DNA from: an uncultured Gammaproteobacteria bacterium
GTDB lineage: Bacteria > Patescibacteriota > Microgenomatia > UBA8517 > JACQJR01
DNA: 64,000 nucleotides
NCBI GenBank assembly: GCA_964442455.1
Contig: CAYTZB010000001.1
Span: 21,910 to 85,909, forward strand
Direction of reading: 5' to 3'
The notes below the pieces were generated by a model. It searched no databases, was not told where the DNA came from, and was given only the letters and a program-made list of their open reading frames with translations. This document shows positions 39,005 through 47,936 of the stretch, piece by piece (the stretch's first letter is position 1; the number at the start of each line of letters is the position of its first letter). Made by a program: the position numbers and the translations under genes.

Positions 39005-41632
39005 ATGCCAAACAGAAATAACTTGTTGTTCATGCTCGGATTATTAATACCTGCCATCTTGGTTTTCAGAGCTCTATTTCTCCCTGGTCCTGCCGTATGG
39101 GGAGACGCCCCTTATTTTTATCCCGAGAAGTTAGGTGATTTTTTGTCGGAACCTGATTCTTGGGTAAGCTGGGGAAATAATTTCGGAGGAATAAATCAAA
39201 CTTTATGGCTTACCCCCTTAATGTTATTTTATGGTATCTTGTACAAGTTTTTTGGTCTGACGAACGACGTGCTAATTAGAATTATTTTTTACTTCCCTGC
39301 CGTTTTCCTTTCAATTGTTACGCCGATAATTTTTACTCGCTCGCTCGGTTTTGGGAAACTTGTCCAATTCTTTGCGTCTTTGTTTTACGTGTTCAACACG
39401 TATTTCTTATTGCTTATTGACGGGGGACAGGTTGGAGTTGCATTGGCTTTTAGTCTCTTCCCGTTAGGTTTAACTTACCTTAGGAGTTTTTTAATTCAGC
39501 CGGTTTACAGTAAGTTCTTTTTGTCCCTTCTTGTACTAGCTGTCTTGACTTCTTTTGATCCTCGTGTGGGAGTGATTTCAGTTGTATCTATATTGGTATG
39601 GATACTACTAGAGTCTTTTTTAGAAAAAAAGGAAAGAAATTTAAAGAATTTAAAGTGGTTGATACCTTTAGTTTTAGCTACAGCTGCAGTTAATAGTTAT
39701 TGGATAATTCCGCTTTTAAATTTAAGCGAAGGCGTTGATATAACTGTTTCAAATCTCGGGTTAGTGTCGCTTCTTAATGGACTTTTTTTCTTCGGGCCGC
39801 ATTGGCCGACGAACGAATTTGGCAAAGTTGTTCCGCCGCCCTTTTATTTTTTGGGACTTCCTTTGCTTATTTTCGGAAGTATTTTCCTTAAAAAGAACAG
39901 GAAAGTATTAGCTTTAGTTTTTTGTTTATTGTTCTTTGTTTTTTTGGTTAAAGGTGCGACTCCTCCGCTGGGGGAAATGTATAATTGGGTAATTGTTAAT
40001 CTCCGTTTTGGAGCCGGTTTTAGGGACTCAACTAAGTTTTTTGCTCCCTTGTTTCTCTTTGGAGGAATATTAATTGGTGTTACTGTCGGTTACTTATCAA
40101 GTAAGTTGCCCAAATTTTCCTGGTTTCTAATTGGTTTAGTTTATGTTTATCTTCTTTTCTTAATTCATCCGGCACTTTTAGGCAGTCTTAATGGAGTCTT
40201 AGCGCAGAAGACTCTGTCCGACGATTTTAGAATTGTTCACAAGAAACTGACAGAAGAAAGTGAACTTTTAAGGGCTGCATGGTTTCCAGAACGTCATCCA
40301 TTTGGGTTTCATACAGAAGAAAAGAGCGCGATTGATGCAAAGGGTTTAATTAACGAGCGGCCCTTCGCAGCACTTAACGTTGGCAATGATCCTTTTAATT
40401 TTATGCATAGGCAAGAGTTTGTAGATTGGTTTAATTTGCTAGGAGTAAAACATCTAATTTTTTCTGGTGACCCCCGTAAAATAACTTGGAATGATGATGA
40501 AAGAGAAAATTGGAGCAATTTATTGCAGCTGACTGCTACTACTTCTGGACTCTTGAAAGAAAATTGGAATACCAGTTTTCCTGTTTACAGTTTGGAAGAT
40601 ATAAAACCAAGAATGTTTGCAACGGACAAGGTTATTGCGATTGTTGGTAGTGATGATATTTACAAAAAGATTCGAGAAAATCGCGAAGATTTTTCAGTTG
40701 GAAATCAGGCATTTGTGTTTTTTGAAGATGGTAAATTTGAACCAAGAAATTTGCAAGCAGTAGCGTCGCAATCTGCAATCCTAGTGTTTAACGGTAAATC
40801 AGAGGAAGATTTGACGATGAGTTTCCTGCAAAAATATTTTATAAATCCACTTGATGCAGATTTCTCACAATGGGCAGTTGGAGTTCCTTCTGAATACTTG
40901 ATATGGAAATATCAGTTATTGATTCGTGGGGTGGACGTACAAGAGTTTGATTATGGGGAGGGAATCGCTTTCTCAACCCAAGAAGGCGAGCGGATTTCTT
41001 TTAGTTTGCGTGCCCCAGAAAATGGAGAATATGTTTTTGCATCAAGATTGTTGTCCGCAAGTGGGAAATTTAAGTGGAACTTCGAAGAAGGGATTAATTT
41101 AAAAGAGGGTCAGTTTAAAAGAGAATTTGTGAATAATGAGGGAATAAGTGTTTTAAATACAGTTGCACTTATTCCTAAGAAAGATTGGGAAGCTGCAAAA
41201 GTTTTAACAAAACAGTTCGTCGGACATTTTCGTGTTGTTAAAATTGATGATGAAGCTGGTATTCTGGAACTTAGCTCTCTTCTGGGTGGAAACTGGTATC
41301 CCGTAAATTTCCAAAAGTTAAGTAATGAAAGATATGAAGTTATTCCACCAGAGAATGCCAACTGGATAGTTTTTACTGATAGTTACAACTCGTTTTGGAA
41401 GTTAAAAAGAGGCATGGAATATTTACCTTCCTCTGCGTTTTACTCAATGGTCAATGGATTTTATTTCGACCGAAGAGGAGAAACAAGCTCTGCTTATTTC
41501 GAACCTACTTGGACCGATACAGAAATTGTTTTTCGAGATCAAGATCAGACTCGTTGGGGATTTTATTGGTCGATTATTGCTGTTCTTTTTCTTGCAGTAA
41601 TTTTTCTAATGAAATATTCTAGAAAGGAATAG
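39005..41632 (+). CDS. Large (875 aa) polytopic membrane protein with a ~400-aa extracytoplasmic C-terminal domain and a terminal TM anchor (putative GT-C-like).
   Basis: About 13 N-terminal helices, a hydrophilic region at residues 430-840, and a final helix 'FYWSIIAVLFLAVIFLM'. The start may be at Met10 (39032). Confidence 0.4.
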   Translation: MPNRNNLLFMLGLLIPAILVFRALFLPGPAVWGDAPYFYPEKLGDFLSEPDSWVSWGNNFGGINQTLWLTPLMLFYGILYKFFGLTNDVLIRIIFYFPAVFLSIVTPIIFTRSLGFGKLVQFFASLFYVFNTYFLLLIDGGQVGVALAFSLFPLGLTYLRSFLIQPVYSKFFLSLLVLAVLTSFDPRVGVISVVSILVWILLESFLEKKERNLKNLKWLIPLVLATAAVNSYWIIPLLNLSEGVDITVSNLGLVSLLNGLFFFGPHWPTNEFGKVVPPPFYFLGLPLLIFGSIFLKKNRKVLALVFCLLFFVFLVKGATPPLGEMYNWVIVNLRFGAGFRDSTKFFAPLFLFGGILIGVTVGYLSSKLPKFSWFLIGLVYVYLLFLIHPALLGSLNGVLAQKTLSDDFRIVHKKLTEESELLRAAWFPERHPFGFHTEEKSAIDAKGLINERPFAALNVGNDPFNFMHRQEFVDWFNLLGVKHLIFSGDPRKITWNDDERENWSNLLQLTATTSGLLKENWNTSFPVYSLEDIKPRMFATDKVIAIVGSDDIYKKIRENREDFSVGNQAFVFFEDGKFEPRNLQAVASQSAILVFNGKSEEDLTMSFLQKYFINPLDADFSQWAVGVPSEYLIWKYQLLIRGVDVQEFDYGEGIAFSTQEGERISFSLRAPENGEYVFASRLLSASGKFKWNFEEGINLKEGQFKREFVNNEGISVLNTVALIPKKDWEAAKVLTKQFVGHFRVVKIDDEAGILELSSLLGGNWYPVNFQKLSNERYEVIPPENANWIVFTDSYNSFWKLKRGMEYLPSSAFYSMVNGFYFDRRGETSSAYFEPTWTDTEIVFRDQDQTRWGFYWSIIAVLFLAVIFLMKYSRKE

Positions 41633-41633
41633 T

Positions 41634-42905
41634 ATGGGAGATGTTTTTGGTCAAATCAGGGAGATTATCGGAGCGAAATTAACTAAAGATACAACTGTAG
41701 TTCTCTTTGGTAATTTAATTTCTTCTACGCTTGCTGTAGTTTTTACAATTTTAGCTGCTCGATTCCTAGGACCTGAAAATTGGGGGATTATTGCGGCAAT
41801 TGGAAGTTTAATTACAATTCTCGTTGCAGTTTCAGATTTGGGTCTGAGCTCTGCGCTTTTTCGATTTGTCTCTAAAAAATGGGTACAAGGAGAAAGGCAA
41901 GAAGCGCTAAATGTAACTCGCACGGTTTGGACGTTGAGGTTTATAAGCGTTTTGTTTTTTACCTCGATACTTTTATTTTTTTCTGATAGATTGACACAAG
42001 TTCTTTTAAAAACTGAAAATCCGATATTTATTATCTTGATCGCTCTGGGTCTGGTTGGAGCTTTATTTATCGACTTTCAAATTGCTGAAAGTGAAGCTCG
42101 ACAAGAATGGCGCAAAGCAGCAGTTTTTATATCATTGACAAATATTTTACGAGTTGCAGCTCTTTTTATCATTGGACTTGGAAATATTAATCTAATAAAC
42201 GTAGCCTTCGCTTTTACAAGCGCTCCAGTTGCTGCTTACATAATATCTCTTTTTTGGCAGCATATCCCGGTAGGTTTTGCACCAAATTGGCAGAAAATTG
42301 TTAAAGAAGTTATACCTTTTTCCGGCTTTATGGGAGCTAACAAAATAGTTTCTTCTTTTAATTCGAGAGTAGATGTTTTAATACTTATTCAATTGGCCGG
42401 AGCTTATGAAGCAGGGATTTATGGTGCAGCGAATAGATTAGCGATTGGCGTTCCATTAATTTTGGCTAGCTTCGCAACGGTTCTTGCCCCTCGTTTCTCG
42501 TCTTTGACAGCTCGTGAACTTCCGCAATTCTTTAAACGCTCTTTGGGTCTTTCGACAATTATAACTGTGGGGTTAATTATTGGAATTTTTATCGCGCCTT
42601 TCATAGTTTCATTGTTTGGACCGGCTTATTCCCAGTCAGGGCTTGTATTACAGTTGCTGTTTTTGTCTTTTGTTCCCGCAAGTATTTCTGTTCCTGCAGT
42701 TAATTTTGTGATTTACGGTATGCGTAAACCACAGATTATAACTTATATTTCGCTTGTCCAACTTCCGCTTATTGTACTATTGAATTTTTGGTTAATACCT
42801 CAACTGGGGGTTATTGCCCCTGCAATTGCTTTGACATTTGCTAACACTTTAACTGCCGTTGTTTGTTTTGCGGTTTCTTGGTCGACACTTAGAAAGAAAA
42901 AATGA
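41634..42905 (+). CDS. Wzx-like flippase (MOP superfamily), second copy.
   Basis: 'LFGNLISSTLAVVFTILAARFLGPENWGIIAAIGSLITIL' N-terminus typical of Wzx; 423 aa, about 12 TM helices. Confidence 0.55.
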   Translation: MGDVFGQIREIIGAKLTKDTTVVLFGNLISSTLAVVFTILAARFLGPENWGIIAAIGSLITILVAVSDLGLSSALFRFVSKKWVQGERQEALNVTRTVWTLRFISVLFFTSILLFFSDRLTQVLLKTENPIFIILIALGLVGALFIDFQIAESEARQEWRKAAVFISLTNILRVAALFIIGLGNINLINVAFAFTSAPVAAYIISLFWQHIPVGFAPNWQKIVKEVIPFSGFMGANKIVSSFNSRVDVLILIQLAGAYEAGIYGAANRLAIGVPLILASFATVLAPRFSSLTARELPQFFKRSLGLSTIITVGLIIGIFIAPFIVSLFGPAYSQSGLVLQLLFLSFVPASISVPAVNFVIYGMRKPQIITYISLVQLPLIVLLNFWLIPQLGVIAPAIALTFANTLTAVVCFAVSWSTLRKKK

Positions 42906-43738
42906 CTATAACAGCGCATTGTCTAGTAAAGAATGAGGCAAGGTTTGTTTGGTATGCGGTTATGTCAGTTGTGCATCACGTTGATAAGGTTTTGCTGTGG
43001 GATACGGGAAGTACGGATGGAACTTTAGAAATTGTTCGGAAAATTAAAAAGGCTGCGCCGGATAAGATTGATTTTAGAGAATACGGTTCTGTTACTCCAG
43101 AGACTTTTACAAAAGTTCGCCAGGAGATGCTGGAGCAAACCGATACTGATTGGTTTTTAATAGTTGACGGAGATGAAGTGTGGTGGGAGGAATCGATAAG
43201 AAAAGTAGTACAAGGTAGTGTGGGTAGAAATTTGGAATCAATTGTCGTGCCGACAATTAACTTGATTGGTGATATCTATCATTATCAGGAAGAAGAGGCG
43301 GGTCAGTATCATCTTACCGGAAAGAGGGGACATTTTAATTTGCGAGCAGTCAACCGCAGTATTCCGGGGTTACATTCCGCGGGCCCACATGGAACTTGGG
43401 GATGGGTGGATGCTGATAATAGAATGATTCAAGACAGGAGCACTCAAAAAATTTTATTTGTTGATGCACCATACCTTCATGCTACCTTTCTCCCCAGAAC
43501 ACTTTCGCGAGAAAAGGACTTATTAGTTCCCAAAAGGGCCCATAAATTTAAATATGAGCTGGGAATTCCTTTCCTTAGCGATTTTTATTATCCTGAAGTG
43601 TTTTTTCGCCCAAGACCTGAAATTGTTCCAAGTGTGTGGGAAAAGAGAGGTATAGCATATACACTTCGTGCAGCATTTGAGACTCCACTTAAGAAGATTA
43701 AAAGAAGATTAATTAAAGAAAGTAAGATTGGATATTAA
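42902..43738 (+). CDS. GT-A fold nucleotide-sugar transferase-like protein.
   Basis: 'LLWDTGSTDGTLEIV' and 'FLIVDGDEVWW' (DXD-like); 278 aa; ATGA overlap with the flippase gene. Confidence 0.4.
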   Translation: MTITAHCLVKNEARFVWYAVMSVVHHVDKVLLWDTGSTDGTLEIVRKIKKAAPDKIDFREYGSVTPETFTKVRQEMLEQTDTDWFLIVDGDEVWWEESIRKVVQGSVGRNLESIVVPTINLIGDIYHYQEEEAGQYHLTGKRGHFNLRAVNRSIPGLHSAGPHGTWGWVDADNRMIQDRSTQKILFVDAPYLHATFLPRTLSREKDLLVPKRAHKFKYELGIPFLSDFYYPEVFFRPRPEIVPSVWEKRGIAYTLRAAFETPLKKIKRRLIKESKIGY

Positions 43739-43755
43739 TCATCATATATGAATAT

Positions 43756-44577
43756 ATGAATAGCAAATGTATCAGTTGTGGTAAAAAGTTAAGATATTTT
43801 GGCAGAAGTGAAAGGTGGAATATCCTGCAGTGCAAAACTTGTGGTTTGGGAGTTACTCAAGGAAACGGAGAATTTACACAATACACTACTTATCACCGCG
43901 ATCCGGTATATGCGAGTGAGCAGGAGCAATTTCGTAATATTTTTGAAAAAAGAGTAGCAATACTCACAAAATTCAAACGCATCAGTCGTGCGCTTGAAGT
44001 CGGTTCATCGGTAGGAACATTCTTATCACTTCTTCAAACACGCGGATGGGAGGTGCGTGGGGTTGAACCATCGAAAGCTGCAGCGCAAGCTGCGCAAAAA
44101 GGCGGAATTCCCACAACCATCGATACATTTGAAGAAACTAATTTACCTGAAGCAACCTTTGATGTTGTAATTTTTAATCACGTGTTGGAGCATATGAGTG
44201 ACCCTTTCACTGTTCTAAGAAAGGCACATAAGGTTTTGAGAAAAGAGGGACTTGTGTTTATTGATGCACCTAATTTTGGTGGGTTGAGCGCACGGATTTT
44301 AGGTAGCCGTTGGCAATATATTTTACCAAGAGAGCACCGCTGGCATTTTACTCCTCAAGCGCTCTCACTTCTTTTGGGAAAAGCAGGATTTAAAGTGCTT
44401 TATTGGGAAACACATTCGGGAATATGGAACTATGGAAACCCCGCGAAGGAAATCTGGCAGAGTTTGATAAAACGTAGAAAACGATTTTTTATGAATATTA
44501 TAACTCTCCTTCCTTCTTTTATTGCAACCAAGATGGGAATGGGGAGCGGAGTAACAGTTATTGCACAAAAAGTATGA
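43756..44577 (+). CDS. SAM-dependent methyltransferase with an N-terminal zinc-ribbon (Methyltransf_13-type architecture).
   Basis: 'CISCGKKLRYF...CKTCGL' Cys4 ribbon, then 'ALEVGSSVGTF' and 'FDVVIFNHVLEHMSDP...LRKEGLVFIDAPNF'. Confidence 0.6.
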   Translation: MNSKCISCGKKLRYFGRSERWNILQCKTCGLGVTQGNGEFTQYTTYHRDPVYASEQEQFRNIFEKRVAILTKFKRISRALEVGSSVGTFLSLLQTRGWEVRGVEPSKAAAQAAQKGGIPTTIDTFEETNLPEATFDVVIFNHVLEHMSDPFTVLRKAHKVLRKEGLVFIDAPNFGGLSARILGSRWQYILPREHRWHFTPQALSLLLGKAGFKVLYWETHSGIWNYGNPAKEIWQSLIKRRKRFFMNIITLLPSFIATKMGMGSGVTVIAQKV

Positions 44578-46034
44578 GATATGGGACATACATGCTTGTT
44601 ATTTTACTGCTGGGACTTCATTTTTTTCCCCTAGTCAATCTTCAATTTACTGCTTGGCCGGAGATGTTCTCTTACCCCTATCTTCGCAATAATGGGTTTT
44701 TGATTTACAAAGATATGATTCATCCATATCCCCCTATTCTCACAATGGGACTTTCTTGGGTTTATTCGCTTTTTGGATATCAATTATGGGTATTAAAAGT
44801 TGTGGCATGGATGGCAGTTATCGTAAGTGATATTCTCGTGTTTATTATTACTCGTTCCATAACCCGCCGCGATGCACCGGCGTTTTTTGCCACTGCTGCC
44901 TATGTTTTTTTGCAACCCTTTTTAGATGGGAATATGCTGTGGTTTGATATTGCCATCGTTGTACCTATTCTTTTAGGAACTCTTTTTTTGTTAAGAAATA
45001 ACTTGTTTTTGACGGGATTATTTTTTGCAGCGGCTGCTCTTACTAAACAAACAGCGGGATTATATTTATTATTTACTATTTTCTATTTCGCAGTCCGCCA
45101 TTGGCGGACAAGAAATAAGACAGGGCTCCCTCTCTGGGGGATGTCTTATTTACTGCTTCTTTTTAATCAATTGAAATACTTATTTTATGGTCCTTTGATT
45201 TTAGGTATTCCACTTTTAGTTAGGCTTTTACAGGAGGGAGCGCTCGTTGATTTTCTAAATTGGACGATTATTTATCCTCTCACACAGTTTGGTAAATTTC
45301 CGGGATATGTGCATATGGAGGTGTCTTCTGGGCAAGCGTTTATAGGTATTCTTTTACTTGTGCCACTTTTAATTATCATGATTAAGAATAAGGTGATTCT
45401 TAAAGCTTCAGTATTTCAGGTTTTATTCCCCTTTCTAGTAATTGCGCTTATCATAATCTATCCTCGTTTTTCTTTTTTCCATTTTCAAACAGCTCTTGCA
45501 TTTCTGGTGATTATTTATGGTTATACAACAAAAGATATAAAAAAACTAACCCCTCGACTTATTGCCTATTGCCTATTGCCCCTTGCCTTAATTATTATTT
45601 TTATCCAAAAGCCAGTCCTTGCTCGAGAGTGGCAAAAAGAAGCACGGTTTTATAATAACCAGGAGTTGGCATTGGCGGAAATTGTTCAAGAAACAACCGG
45701 TTCCGATGATAATGTCTATTTGTTAGGTCTTAATTCCAGCATTTATGCTATAGCAAATAGGTTACCACCCGAAAGGTGGACGGATAATTTTGGCTGGTAT
45801 TTAGAAATTCCAAACGTCCAGGAGGAAATTATTGGTCGCTGGAATACTAATCCTCCCAAATATATTTTTTGGAGAACCCCTTCTCCTGGCAATTGGTTTG
45901 ACTTAGGGACTTATCAACCACAAAAAATTGTTCGTTGGATTGAGGAGAACTATACTAAAAAAGAAGAGGTTAGCCCAGGTATTTGGTTATGGACGAGGAA
46001 ACTTGTCCTGAGCTCTTCGGCAAGCTCGGGGTAA
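44574..46034 (+). CDS. Polytopic membrane protein (putative GT-C glycosyltransferase).
   Basis: 486 aa, 11 or more helices, C-terminal ~110-aa hydrophilic domain. Contains a heptamer repeat at 45560-45588. Confidence 0.4.
   Translation: MRYGTYMLVILLLGLHFFPLVNLQFTAWPEMFSYPYLRNNGFLIYKDMIHPYPPILTMGLSWVYSLFGYQLWVLKVVAWMAVIVSDILVFIITRSITRRDAPAFFATAAYVFLQPFLDGNMLWFDIAIVVPILLGTLFLLRNNLFLTGLFFAAAALTKQTAGLYLLFTIFYFAVRHWRTRNKTGLPLWGMSYLLLLFNQLKYLFYGPLILGIPLLVRLLQEGALVDFLNWTIIYPLTQFGKFPGYVHMEVSSGQAFIGILLLVPLLIIMIKNKVILKASVFQVLFPFLVIALIIIYPRFSFFHFQTALAFLVIIYGYTTKDIKKLTPRLIAYCLLPLALIIIFIQKPVLAREWQKEARFYNNQELALAEIVQETTGSDDNVYLLGLNSSIYAIANRLPPERWTDNFGWYLEIPNVQEEIIGRWNTNPPKYIFWRTPSPGNWFDLGTYQPQKIVRWIEENYTKKEEVSPGIWLWTRKLVLSSSASSG
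45560..45588 (+). repeat. Tandem heptanucleotide repeat (tattgcc) x3 plus one degenerate unit inside a coding sequence.
   Basis: Direct read: tattgcc tattgcc tattgcc ccttgcc. Confidence 0.8.
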
Positions 46035-46053
46035 ACTTGAAAGGAGCCGAAGG

Positions 46054-47094
46054 ATGAAAATAGCATTTTTAAATATTTATCAAGATCAAGTGCAGAGGGG
46101 TGCAGAGACATTTGTGCGAGAGCTCTCGGAAAGATTAAAAAGAAACCATGAGATTATGGTAACGAGTGGAGATAAAATTCCACCGAAGAGATGGTCTTTT
46201 GTCTGGCGCTTTTTTATAGATCCCAATGGTCTTTCCATATTGTGGTTTACACTTAAAAGTCTTCCTCGCCTTTGGAAGGAAAAATTTGATATTGTTATTC
46301 CTCTTAATGGTGGGTGGCAGCCGGCGCTTGTCCGTATTGTCACATGGTTATATGGTGGGAAAATGATAATCAGTGGACAATCGGGGATGGGATGGGATGA
46401 CAGAAATAATTTGTGGTGTTTCCCTGATGTCTTTGTGGCTATATCCAGCACTGCTCGTGATTGGGCAAGGAGAGCAAATCCATTTGTGAGAGTGGAATGT
46501 ATTACTAATGGCGTAGATTTGAATAAATTTTTACCAACAGGTAGTAAGTTTAAAAGTTTGCTTAAGAAGCCTATTGTGCTTTGCGTTGCAGCATTAACTG
46601 CGGGTAAAAGAGTTGACTTGGCAATTAAAGCAGTGGCAAAACTTGGGAATGTGAGCTTACTACTTGTCGGCGATGGTCCGCTAAAAAATGAGATAGAAAA
46701 CTTATGTAAAAAATTGCTTGGCGATAGATTTTCCGCCAGAGGCGAACCAACCTTTGGTTGGCAATTAATTAAAATGCCATATGAAGAGTTACCTACTGCG
46801 TATAGAGTGGCAGATGTCTTTACTATCCCCTCTGAAAGTTACCATTCTTTTGAGATTGTTCTTGTTGAAGCAATGGCGACAAATATCCCCGTGGTTGCAA
46901 ATGACGATCCAATTCGTCAGGAAATTGTAGGTGATGCGGGAATTTTGGTGGACCCGACGGATACGGATACATACGCAAGGGCGATTAAAAATGTATTGAA
47001 TGCTAAATGGGAAAGTAAACCGCGCAAACAGGCAGAAAAATTCTCATGGGATAAAATAGCAAAGCAGTATGAAGAGTTGTTTAAGAACTTATGA
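46054..47094 (+). CDS. GT4 (GT-B fold) glycosyltransferase.
   Basis: AGGAG ribosome-binding site upstream. C-terminal 'VFTIPSESYHSFEIVLVEAMATNIPVVAND' (E-x7-E region). Confidence 0.6.
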   Translation: MKIAFLNIYQDQVQRGAETFVRELSERLKRNHEIMVTSGDKIPPKRWSFVWRFFIDPNGLSILWFTLKSLPRLWKEKFDIVIPLNGGWQPALVRIVTWLYGGKMIISGQSGMGWDDRNNLWCFPDVFVAISSTARDWARRANPFVRVECITNGVDLNKFLPTGSKFKSLLKKPIVLCVAALTAGKRVDLAIKAVAKLGNVSLLLVGDGPLKNEIENLCKKLLGDRFSARGEPTFGWQLIKMPYEELPTAYRVADVFTIPSESYHSFEIVLVEAMATNIPVVANDDPIRQEIVGDAGILVDPTDTDTYARAIKNVLNAKWESKPRKQAEKFSWDKIAKQYEELFKNL

Positions 47095-47936
47095 GTAAAG
47101 TTTCTGTGATTATCCCGACATACAACGAGGAAAACACTATTGCTGAGTGTTTAGAGTCCCTTTCTCAACAAACCTACAAAGATACGGAGATAATAGTGGT
47201 TGATGACGGCTCTACAGATAATACTCTTAATGTTGTTGAGACTGTTCACTGTTCACTGTTCACTGTTCACTTGCTGCGCCAGAAGCACAAAGGTCCTGGT
47301 GAAGCGAGAAATTTGGGAGCAAAAAATGCAAAAGGTGAAATACTTGTTTTTGTTGATGCTGATATGACGTTTGAGAGGGATTTTATAGAGAAATTGGTCG
47401 CACCAATAATAAGAGGGAAGGCAAGTGGCACGTGGAGTCGCGAAGAATATGTTTTAAACTGGGATAACGTTTGGGCAAGATGTTGGAATATTAATGAGGG
47501 ATGGGAGGAGAGGAAACGCCATCCTAAAAATTACCCGCCCACACAGAAGGTTTTTAGAGCACTTTTAAAAAGTGAATTTGATAATGTAGGAGGATTTGAA
47601 CGTGGTGGGTATTATACGGATGACTGGAGTTTAAGTGAGAAACTTGGATATGAAGCAGTAGCTGCCCCTGGCGCGAAGTTTTATCATGCAAATCCCAGTA
47701 ATCTTTCTGAAGTTTTTAACCACGCCAAGTGGGTTGCGAAAAGACCCTATAAATTGGGAATCTTAGGAGCAACTTTTGCCTTTTTTCGTGCAACATTGCC
47801 AGTATCACTAGTAGTAGGACTTGTAAAATCCGTCCTTAATAAAACGCCTCATTTCTTCATCTTTAAAATTGTTTATGATTTTGGAATTTTTGTAGGAATT
47901 TTGGAATATCTGCTAACAGGTAAAGGAGCAAAGTGA
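47091..47936 (+). CDS. GT2 glycosyltransferase.
   Basis: 'VSVIIPTYNEENTIAECLESLSQQTYKDTEIIVVDDGSTDNT' and 'DADM'. Contains a heptamer repeat at 47241-47271. Confidence 0.7.
   Translation: MSKVSVIIPTYNEENTIAECLESLSQQTYKDTEIIVVDDGSTDNTLNVVETVHCSLFTVHLLRQKHKGPGEARNLGAKNAKGEILVFVDADMTFERDFIEKLVAPIIRGKASGTWSREEYVLNWDNVWARCWNINEGWEERKRHPKNYPPTQKVFRALLKSEFDNVGGFERGGYYTDDWSLSEKLGYEAVAAPGAKFYHANPSNLSEVFNHAKWVAKRPYKLGILGATFAFFRATLPVSLVVGLVKSVLNKTPHFFIFKIVYDFGIFVGILEYLLTGKGAK
47241..47271 (+). repeat. Tandem heptanucleotide repeat (actgttc) x4.4 inside a GT2 coding sequence.
   Basis: Direct read: actgttc actgttc actgttc actgttc act. Confidence 0.9.

Noticed and set aside
46960-46975. Short repeat (ggatac) x2.5 in GT4 46054..47094.
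   Set aside because: It is a hexamer, so changes in unit number preserve frame. It has only 2.5 copies and is likely incidental.
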